Shown here: positions 45,301 to 56,272 of the stretch, piece after piece
How positions within the stretch are numbered: position 1 is the first letter of the stretch
How the letters are laid out: the number at the start of each line of letters is the position of its first letter
Origin: Macrostomum hystrix
Taxonomy: Eukaryota; Animalia; Platyhelminthes
Assembly: GCA_950097015.1 (NCBI GenBank)
Contig: CATNEN010000001.1
Coordinates: forward strand, 5,456,001-5,520,000
Reading direction: 5' to 3'
Length of the DNA stretch: 64,000 bases
The notes under the pieces: generated by a model
Database searches by the model: none
Told to the model about the DNA's origin: nothing
What the model saw: the letters and a program-made list of their open reading frames with translations, nothing else
Position numbers and translations under genes: made by a program

Positions 45301-48300
45301 GGCTGACGCTCGTGATGAGGAGCTCGAGGAGAAACCACAGGCTGACGCTTGTGATGAGGAGCTCGAGGAGAAACCACAGGCTGACGCTTGTGATGAAGAG
45401 CTCGAGGAGGAGCCCCTGTCTGAAGCTCGTACTGAAGAGCTCGAGGAGGAGCCGCTGGCTGAAGCTCGTGCTGAAGAGGTTGAGAAGGAGCCCTTGGCTG
45501 CAGCTCATGATGAGGAGGAGCCTCTGACTGCAGCTCGTGATAAAGAGCTCGAGGAGGAGCCGCTGAACGAAGCTCATGATGAAAAGCTCGAAGAGAAACC
45601 ACAGGCTGACGTTCGTGATGAGGACCTCGAGGAGAAACCACAGGCTGAAGCTCGTATTGAAGAGCTCGAGGAGGAGCCGCTGGCTGTAACTCTTCATGAC
45701 GAGCTCGAGGAGGAGCCGCTGCACGAAGCTCATGATGAAAATCTCAAAGAGAAACCACTGGCTGATGCTTGTGATGAGGAGCTCGACAAGAAACCACAGG
45801 CTGATGCTCGTGATAAAGAGCTCAAGGAGAAGCCGCTGGCAGGTGCCCGTGATGAAGAGCTCGACGAGGAGCCGCTTGCTGAAGCTCTTGCTGAAGAGGT
45901 TGAAAAGGAGCCCTTGGCTGCAGCTCATGATGAGGAGGAGCCGCTGGCCGCAGCTCGTGATGAAGAGCTCGAGGAGGAGCCGCTGAACGAAGCTCATGAT
46001 GAAAAGCTCGAAGAGAAACCACAGGCTGACGTTCGTGATGAGGAGCTCGAGGAGAAACCACAGGCTGACGCTCCTGATGAAGAGCTCGAGGAGAAAACAC
46101 AGGCTGACGCTCTTGATGAGGAGCTGGAGGAGAAACCACAGGCTGACGCTTGTGATGAAGAGCTCGAGGAGGAGCCCCTGGCTGAAGCTCGTACTGAAGA
46201 GCTCGAGGAGGAGCCGCTGGCTGTGGCTCTTCCTGAAGAGCTCGAGGAGGAGCCGCTGGCTGCAGCTCGTGCTGAAGAGGTTGAGAAAGAGCCCTTGGCT
46301 GCAGCTTGTGTTGTAGAGGAGCCGCTGGCTGCAGCTTGTGTTGTAGAGGAGCCGCTGGCTGCAGCTTGTGTTGTAGAGGAGCCGCTGGCTGCAGCTTGTG
46401 ATGAAGAGCTCAAAGATGAGCCTCGGGCTGAAGCTTTCCAGGAAGAGCTCGAGGAGGAGCCGCTGTCTGCAGCTTGTGATGCAGAAGTCGACGAAGGGCC
46501 CCAGACTGGCGTTTGTTCTAAAAGTCTCGTGGAGGCGCAGCAGGCTGAAGATTGTCAAGAAGAGCCAGAGGAGGAGCTGCAGGCTGAAGATCGTCAAGAA
46601 GAGTCAGAGGAGGAGCTGCCATCCGAAGATCGTCAAGAAGAGCCAGAGGAGGAGCTGCAGGCCGAAGATCGTCAAGAAGAGCCAGAGGAGGAGCCTCAGA
46701 CAGAAGTTTGCCATGAAGCGCTCGAGAAGGAGCCACTAACTGAAACTCGTCATAAAGATCTCGAGCCCCGGGCTGAGGCTCTTGATGAAGAGCTCAAGGA
46801 AGGGCCACGAGCAGTGCCTCGCTTCGAGGAGATCGAGGAGGAGCCGCAGGCTAAAGTTCGTCATGAAGAGTTCCATGAGGAGCCGGAGTCACAAGCTGGT
46901 CATGAAGTGCTGAAAGAAGTGCCACAAACGGTGCCTCACTCCGAAGAGATCGATCTGGAGCCGTATTCCAAAGCTTGTCAAGAAGAGCCAGATGAGAAGC
47001 TGCAGACGGAAGATCATCCTGAAGAGTTCGAGGAGGAACCCCAGGCCGATGCTTGTCAGGAAGAGGTCGAAGAGGAGCCGCTGACTGAAGCACGAGGTGA
47101 AGAGCTCGAGGAAGAGCCACAGACAGAACTTCGACTTGAAGAACTGGAGGGGGGTCCACAGACTGAGGTTAGCACTGAAGAGCTCGTAGAGGGGCCACGG
47201 TCAGAAGCTCGTTATGAAGATCTCGAAGAAGAGTCACAGATCGAAGCTCAACATGAAGAGCTGGAAGAAGAGTACGTTTGTACTAAACTTCTTGAGGAGG
47301 GGCTACAGGCTGAGGATCGTCAAGAAGAGCCTGGGGAGGAGCTGAATGCTGAAGCGCGTCATGAAGAGATTGACTTGCAGCCGCATTTTGAAGGTCCTCA
47401 GGAAGAAGTTGAGGAAGCCCCATTTTTAGGAGCTCGTCGTGAACAGCTTGAGGAGGAGTCGCACAATCAAGAGCTAGAGACTAGTATACGCACTGAAGAG
47501 CTGGAGGAACAGCTTGAGGAGCATAATGAGTCGTCAGTGGCACATGAGTCTGAACCAGAGAAATCAATCGTAATAACGGAGACCTTTGTCTTGGCTGTGC
47601 AATTGCGACAGAATACAGACCTGGATCAGAGCGATTCGGAAGATGAGTATGATGTTGTGCAGTACAGAAGCTCTGGATCCCAATTCGCACCATCCGACGT
47701 TCATGAGGAACTAGAGCATCAGGAATCAAACGAGGAGGAACTCAAAGAGAAGCCAGATTCTGAGATTGACGAAAATATTATGGATTTGGAAGAGGTAATA
47801 AATGAACAGGAAAGACTAGAAGCTGAGGTAATAAGAAAACTGGTGCGTGACGTCATCGAAGCAGCCTTGCTCGCTGATGAAGCTAGATGGAATGAAGGTG
47901 AAGCAATATTTGAAGACAATATGCAAAAAAACGACTATTTTACTGCTGGTCAAGATGACTCAGAGCTACAGGAGTACTCTAACAATACAGCAAACGGAGA
48001 GTCGAAGCAGGAGCCGCAAGATGTAGAATATAATCAGACAGAAGCTCAGGAAGATGCAGCTTTTAGTGATTTAGTTGAACAAAAGAAAGAGTCTCACTCC
48101 ATTTTACACGATGACTTACAAGCAGAAGAGGCACCTTGTGTTACTCAATCACTCGAGGAGCTTCAAAATGCCGCAAGTGCGAAAGCTGATTGCAGAGAGG
48201 CAAGTACTGAAGATGCACACGAGGTAGTCGTCGATTGCGAATCGCGAGTGCTTGCAGTTGCGCTCCGAAAACCCTCGAAAGAAATAATAGCAAGTGAAGA

Positions 48301-51300
48301 AGAGGACTGTTCATACCCAACAACTGAGAGGCGAGAGCAGTATGCTGTTGGTCCCTCGTCGAAGAGCATCGCGTCAGAAGATGTTGTGTCATTGAAACGA
48401 AACATATCGCATGCCAGTGATGATGATGCGCCTCTTTTAACAGACGCTGTTGCAGCTGCTTTGACGGAATCACACACACTTCCCGTACAGCTCAGAAGTA
48501 CAGAATCCCAATTCGATGTATTGGAAGAAGACTTTCCTGCCGGTGAGATCAAGTCGGAATTCGAAAAGGTCGAAAAAGAGAATGCTCAAGAAGAAGAGCT
48601 GTCAAGTGAGACAACTCATGAGGAATTCGAGAAAGAGCCAGAGACTGAATCTCAAGAAGAAGAGTCTGAAAAAGAGACTGCTCAAGAAAAAGAGATTGAA
48701 CATGAGCCGATTCAAGAGCTTGAAAAAGAGGCTGCTAAGGAAGAAGATTCTCAAAAACATACTGCTCGGGAAGAAGAGCTTGAAAAAGAGACAGCTCATG
48801 ATGAAGAATTCGAACAAGAGCCAGAGACTGAATCTCAAGAAGAGTTTGAAAGAGTGACTGCTCAGGAAGAAAAGTTTGAAAGAGAGACTGCACATGAGAA
48901 AGTGCTTGAAAAAGAGACTGCTCAGGAAGAAGAGTTTGAAACAGAGACTGCACATGAGGAAGTGCTTGAAAGAGAGACTGCTCAGGAAGAAGAGCTCAAG
49001 CAGGAGACAGATCAAGAAGAAGAGCTCGAACAGGAGCCAGGTCGGGAGAAAGAGAGTGAAAGAGATACTGCTCAAGAGGAACTCAAACAGGAGACGGCTC
49101 AAGTGGAAGAGCTCGAAATAGAGTCAGATCAAGAAGAGCTTGAACAAGAGCCAGCTCAGGCGCTCGAGCTCGAAAGAGAGTCGCTAGTTGTAACAAAAAA
49201 ACAGGCACTCGAGGAAGATCTAGACACTTCTAGTTGGCCAAATAACACAACTCAGAATGAAAAAGTCCCACAAATAGTAGTTCACCACGAGGAAGACGAA
49301 GACTCCCAAATATTTTGGAATGAAGACATCGAGTCGTGTCCCAAGGAAGGAGACGCAGATAATGTCCTTGAAAATGAGAATCAGGCTAAGCAATTCGACC
49401 AGCTAGTTGATTCATGCGCAAAAGATTGTGTACAAAAAGCTTTGAGCGCTGCCATGAGCAGCTTGCTCAAAGAAACAGGAGGTTGGTCGTCGGCAACAGA
49501 ACAGGTGAAGCAAGTGTCGCCTTTCAGCAAGGAGCATGAAAATTACGAGTCGCTTTCAGTAGAGAAGCAACTACAGAGAGAGCCACTTCCGGTTGAAAAG
49601 CCTGATCAGCAAGACTCGCTTCCCGTCGAGGAGCACGAAGATCAGCAGTCGCTTCCGGTCGAGGAGCACGAAGATCGTGAGTCGCTTGCGGTCGAGGAGC
49701 ACGAAGATCATGAGTCGCTTTCGGTCAAGGAGCCCGACCAGCGAGAGTCGCTTGCGGTCGAGGAACACGAGAATCGTGAGTCGCTTTCGGTCGAGGAGCA
49801 CGAGGATCGTGAGTCGCTTCCAGTTGAGGAGCACGAAGATCATGAGTCGCTTCCGGTCGAGAAGCACGAGGATCATGGGTCGCTTTCGGTCGAGGAGCAC
49901 GAGGATCGTGAGTCGCTTCCGGTCGAGGAGCACCAGGATCATGAGTCGCTTCCGGTCGAGGAACACGAGGATCATGAGTCGCTTTCGGTCGAGGAACACG
50001 AAGAGCGAGAGTATCTTACAGTCGAGGAGCAGGAGGCTCGGGAGTCGCTTCCAGTCGAGGAGCAGGAGGATCGTGAGTCGCTTCCGGTCGAGGAACACGA
50101 AGAGCGAGAGTCACTTACAGCCAAGGAGCACCAGGATCATGAGTCGCTTTCGGTCGAGGAGCACGAGGATCATGAGTCGCCTTCGGTCGAGGAGCACGAG
50201 AATCGTGAGTCGCTTCCAGTCGGGGAGCAGGAGGATCGGGAGTCGCATCCGGTCGAGGAGCACCAGGATCATGGGTCGCTCTCGTTCGAGGAGCACGAGG
50301 ATCATGAGTCGCTTCCTGTCGAGGAGCCCGACCAGCAAGAGTCGCTTCCGGTCGAGGAGCACGATGATCATAAGTCGCTTACAGTCGAGGAGCCCGACCA
50401 GCGAGAGTCGCTTTCGGTCGAGGAGCACGAGGATCGTGAGTCGCTTCCGGTCGAGGAGCAGGAGGATCGTGAGTCCCTTCCGGTTGAGGAGCACGATGAT
50501 CATGAGTCGCTTCCAGTCGAGGAGCCCGACCAGCGAGAGTCGCTTCCGGTTGAGGAGCCCGAGGATCATGATTTGCTTCCGGTCGAGGAGCACGAGGATC
50601 GTGAGTCGCTTCCGTTCGAGGAACACGAAGAGCGAGAGTCACTTTCGGTCGAGGAGCCCGACCAGCGAGAGTCGCTTTCGGTCGAGGAGCACGAGGATCA
50701 TGAGTTGCTTTCGGTAGAGGAGCACGAGGATCATGAGTCGCTTTCGGTTGAGGAGCCCGACCAGCGAGAGTCACTTTCGGTCGAGGAGCACGAGGATCGT
50801 GAGTCGCTTCCAGTCGAGGAGCAGGAGGATCGTGAGTCGCTTCCGGTCAAGGAGCCCGACCAGCGAGAGTCGCTTCCCGTCGAAGAGCAGGAGGATCGTG
50901 AGTCGCTTCCAGTCAGGGAGCAGGAGGATCGGGAGTCGCATCCGGTCGAGGAGCACCAGGATCATGGGTCGCTCTCGTTCGAGGAGCACGAGGATCATGA
51001 GTCGCTTCCGGTCGAGGAGCACGATGATCGTGAGTCGCTTCCAGTCGAGGAGCAGGAGGATCGTGAGTCGCTTCCGGTCGAGGAGCAGGAGGATCATGAG
51101 TCGCTTCCTGTCGAGGAGCCCGACCAGCAAGAGTCGCTTTCGGTCGAGGAGCACGAGGATCGTGAGTCGCTTCCGGTCGAGGAGCAGGAGGATCGTGAGT
51201 CCCTTCCGGTTGAGGAGCACGATGATCATGAGTCGCTTCCAGTCGAGGAGCCCGACCAGCGAGAGTCGCTTCCGGTTGAGGAGCACGAGGATCATGAGTT

Positions 51301-54300
51301 GCTTCCGGTCGAGGAGCACGAGGATCGTGAGTCGCTTCCGTTCGAGGAACACGAAGAGCGAGAGTCACTTTCGGTCGAGGAGCCCGACCAGCGAGAGTCG
51401 CTTTCGGTCGAGGAGCACGAGGATCATGAGTTGCTTTCGGTAGAGGAGCACGAGGATCATGAGTCGCTTTCGGTTGAGGAGCCCGACCAGCGAGAGTCAC
51501 TTTCGGTCGAGGAGCACGAGGATCGTGAGTCGCTTCCAGTCGAGGAGCAGGAGGATCGTGAGTCGCTTCCGGTCGAGGAGCCCGACCAGCGAGAGTCGCT
51601 TCCCGTCGAGGAGCAGGAGGATCGTGAGTCGCTTCCGGTCAAGGAGCCCGACCAGCGAGAGTCGCTTTCTGTCGAGGAGCAGGAGGATCGTGAGTCGCTT
51701 CCGGTCAAGGAGCCCGACCAGCGAGAGTCGCTTCCCGTCGAAGAGCAGGAGGATCGTGAGTCGCTTCCAGTCAGGGAGCAGGAGGATCGGGAGTCGCATC
51801 CGGTCGAGGAGCACCAGGATCATGGGTCGCTCTCGTTCGAGGAGCACGAGGATCATGAGTCGCTTCCGGTCGAGGAGCACGATGATCGTGAGTCGCTTCC
51901 AGTCGAGGAGCAGGAGGATCGTGAGTCGCTTCCGGTCGAGGAGCAGGAGGATCATGAGTCGCTTCCTGTCGAGGAGCCCGACCAGCAAGAGTCGCTTCCG
52001 GTCGAGGAGCACGATGATCATAAGTCGCTTACAGTCGAGGAGCCCGACCAGCGAGAGTCGCTTCCGGTTGAGGTGCACGAGGATCATGAGTTGCTTCCGG
52101 TCGAGGAGCACGAGGATCGTGAGTCGCTTCCGTTCGAGGAACACGAAGAGCGAGAGTCACTTTCGGTCGAGGAGCCCGACCAGCGAGAGTCGCTTTCGGT
52201 CGAGGAGCACGAGGATCATGAGTTGCTTTCGGTAGAGGAGCACGAGGATCATGAGTCGCTTTCGGTTGAGGAGCCCGACCAGCGAGAGTCACATTCGGTC
52301 GAGGAGCACGAGGATCGTGAGTCGCTTCCAGTCGAGGAGCAGGAGGATCGTGAGTCGCTTCCGGTCGAGGAGCCCGACCAGCGAGAGTCGCTTTCTGTCG
52401 AGGAGCAGGAGGATCGTGAGTCGCTTCCGGTCAAGGAGCCCGACCAGCGAGAGTCACTTTCGGTCGAGGAGGACGAGGATCGTGAGTCGCTTCCAGTCGA
52501 GGAGCAGGAGGATCGTGAGTCGCTTCCGGTCGAGGAGCCCGACCAGCGAGAGTCGCTTCCCGTCGAGGAGCAGGAGGATCGTGAGTCGCTTCCGGTCGAG
52601 GAGCCCGACCAGCGAGAGTCGCTTTCGGTCGAGGAGCACGAGGATCGTGAGTCGCTTCCAGTCGAGGAGCAGGAGGATCGTGAGTCGCTTCCGGTCGAGG
52701 AGCCCGACCAGCGAGAGTCGCTTTCGGTCGAGGAGCACGAGGATCGTGAGTCGCTTCCAGTCGAGGAGCAGGAGGATCGTGAGTCGCTTCCGGTCGAGGA
52801 GCCCGACCAGCGAGAGTCGCTTCCGGTCGAGGAGCACGAGTATCGTGAGTCTCTTCCGGTCAAGGAGCCCGACCAGCGAGAGTCGCTTTCTGTCGAGGAG
52901 CAGGAGGATCGTGATTCGCTTCCGGTCGAGGAGCCCGACCAGCGAGAGTCGCTTCCGGTCGAGGAGCACGAGGATCGTGAGTCGCTTCCGGTCAAGGAGC
53001 CCGACCAGCGAGAGTCGCTTCCCGTCGAGGAGCACGAGGATCATGAGTTGCTTCCAGTCGAGGAGCAGGAGGATCGTGAGTCGCTTCCGGTCGAGGAGCC
53101 CGACCAGCGAGAGTCGCTTCCCGTCGAGGAGCACGAGGATTATGAGTTGCTTCCAGTCGAGGAGCAGGAGGATCGTGAGTCGCTTCCGGTCGAGGAGCCC
53201 GACCAACGAGAGTCGCTTCCCGTCGAGGAGCACGAGGATCATGAGTCGCTTCCGTTCGAGGAACACGAAGAGCGAGAGTCACTTTCGGTCGAGGAGCCCG
53301 ACCAGCGAGAGTCGCTTTCGGTCGAGGAGCACGAGGATCATGAGTTGCTTTCGGTAGAGGAGCACGAGGATCATGAGTCGCTTTCGGTTGAGGAGCACCA
53401 GGATCATGAGTTGCTTTCGGTCGAGGAGCGCATGGATCATGAGTCGATTCCCGTAGAGAAGCACGAGGATCATGAGTCGATTTCATTAAAGGAGCACGAA
53501 GATCAAGAGTCGCTTCTGGAGGAGGATTTCGATCAGCGGGATTCACTTCGGGTCGAAGAACACGAAGAGCGAGAGTCGCTTCCAATGGAGGAACACGAAG
53601 TGCCAGCTGCCGCTGAAACGCTTGTTCTTGCAGTTCCGCTTAGAGACCGATGCGGGGACGAGTCAAGTGCTTCCATTTCGAGCCCAATGCGCCAATGCGG
53701 ATCACAGTTCGTACCTGCTCTGATTGAGTCAGACGACGACGCTAAGTTTGAATATAAAGAAATCGAAGAGATTTCTGAAGGCAGTGTGGAAACGAAGAAG
53801 CACGATTTATTAAAAGAAGCGGAGGCACAGTCTGTTGAGCATGTAGAGAAACTTGCGGTCGAAATGAAGGAGACAGAAGATTTTCCCGTTGAGTACAGGG
53901 AGACCGAGGAGGATTTCCCAGTAGAGTACACGAGCTGGCCTACCGGAGACTTCCCAACAGATTTTAGAGAAACAGAAGGCGAAAATTTCCCAACTGAGTA
54001 CAGAGAAGCTGAAGAGCAGCCGGAGGAATACAAAGAGAGCGACCAACTTCCGGTCGGATATCATGAGTCTGAGAGGCAGTCTATTGAGTACAAAGATGTC
54101 TATGAAATTTCTGGCAGGTATGAAGATGCTGAGTCGACTGAGAATCAGTTGCTCTTGGAGTCTGCAGTGCCTAAATATGCAGTCGACCTTCAAGTTGAAG
54201 ATCCCATGAAAACACCTGCTGAGCATGAGAAAAAAGATGAGTTCTCAATTGAGCAATTTAAACTGGTGGAAGAAGAAAAACTTATGAAGGAAGTGGACAA

Positions 54301-56241
54301 GACACCGGTGGAACTGCTCTCTGAAGTGCCAGCTGATTTCAGTGAAGTTGATAAACCTCCTACTGGCTATAGAGAGGAGGCCGATAATTCATCGACTGAC
54401 AAGGAGCATCTGCCTGAGTGCAGTGAGACTGAGATGTTCTTAGATCAGAAAGAAAACAATGAACAGCCTCTGGCGTCCTCAAAAGAGCTCGAGCAACTTT
54501 CACCAGAAATACTTGACGAAGTAGAAGCTAAAGTAGTCGATGAAGAGGAGGATCTGTATGAGTCCGACCAGAGTCAGCCAGGAAGCGATGCTCGCTACGA
54601 AGATGACTTCGATGACGATCAGGGCGAAGACTCAGTGACTTCTCCAGCTCTCGGAGTTGTATCAACACTTGCTCAGGATTCGGAAACGGGCTTCGAATTA
54701 GTAGATCAGCCGCGGATCGAAAGTGAAAGCATTTTTCGTCCCTTCACTGAGCCAGTTGTCACAGAGGCTGAGGGTCGTATTCTACACGGCCCGGACGCCT
54801 TTCCACTGGTTGGCGTGCCTCATGAGACTTCTTCTGCTGCTGCTGGCTCTACGGCTACTTCTGGCCCGAGCAAACTGCAGGACGATGGTTCGGAGCTTCC
54901 TGGCGAGTCCGCTCAGAGTCCTGAGTCGTTCGATTCCGTCATCAAGCGTTCTCTGCCGGCTTTGGCCAATCTCAGCCTTGTGGCGGCCGCAGCAACAGCA
55001 GCAGCCGAGTCCGAGTCGCCTAGGCCGAGTCCTGGCTCTCCTCGACTGGCTAGGGACGGTTCTGCAATAAGCGGCGATTTTGCTTCGCCGGACGAGTGCC
55101 TATTTCAGATGGAAGATAACTTAGCGGAATTACAGATCGAACCAACATCCGATGCCGAGAACATGGACACCTCGATAGTTACACTGGATGACTCGGAGAC
55201 CAGTCAACAGCCGGCAGCGAGCTATGGCGCAAGGCTACCGCGAGATGTATCGTCGTTAAGTCAGGATGCTTCTAAATCCAGCGAAGTCCTTAGCTCCGGC
55301 ATAAGCTCCGACAATCGATTTGGTCCTTCGGCAACAGCTGATGACATTCACAGCATCATGGGACAGGATGACAGCGGCTTCATCCTGCTTACTCGAGACG
55401 ACGCAGCATCGGATATTGGCAGCGAGAGCGGTGGCGAAGCAGACGAGGAGCCATCTGTCGGTCTTCAACGATTCGATGACGCAACCGATGTTTCGACCTC
55501 TTTGGCCAGCGATGTCGCTTCAACTCTTGCTGCGCCAGACGACGAGACTGTGCAGAATTCAGAATGCGGCGAAGAAGAAATCATCGACACAGAAGCTGAC
55601 GACAAGGAAGAGGCGGAACGACTATCTATAAAGTCATCCTCTACGACTTCTAGGGATGCTTCAAGTCCGAGACACTTCGCCAGATCATTCGAAGAGTTTA
55701 GGGGCTCTGAAAATCAACTGAGCAGCGCTGCCTCCGAAATTGATGCCGCGGCACATCAGCTGGCTACTAAAGCTCTCAGCTCTGCCGCAGATGTTGTCGA
55801 GTGCGAAGAGTTCGAACGTACAGCAGAGGAGCGCCTTGAGCATTCGCTCCAGGAAGAAGAGCTAGCTTTAGACTTCGAAAAGGCGGCTGAGGAGATCATA
55901 CTGAAAGAACTAGAAAATGAAGATAAGAAATGTCAAGAAGAACCTGAATTTACGGATGAGACTGCTGATGTCGGTCAGATGTCAGTAGGCGACATCGACT
56001 CGGAGCTGTTCCAAGGAGCCATTTATCAGGAAGGCGACGACGACGCAGAAGAAATTGAGATGGAAGAAGATGACGATGACGATGACGATGCTGAAGGAGC
56101 AGCACTACCAAGTGCTTCTCCAACCTCCAAGTATATTTTCATGACTAACAAAGCAGTCGAACAGGTAATCATTGATGATAACCTTCTTTCGCCGATTATG
56201 GAGCTAAAGGAAACACCAGAGAGTTCACCTGAACAACGGCT

Positions 56242-56272
<31 letters not shown>

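Noticed and set aside
44162-53585. Long alternative-frame and antisense ORFs (SR-rich, LLD-rich) over the giant exon
   Set aside because: By-products of stop-poor tandem repeats. Only the acidic frame stays open across the non-repetitive flanks.
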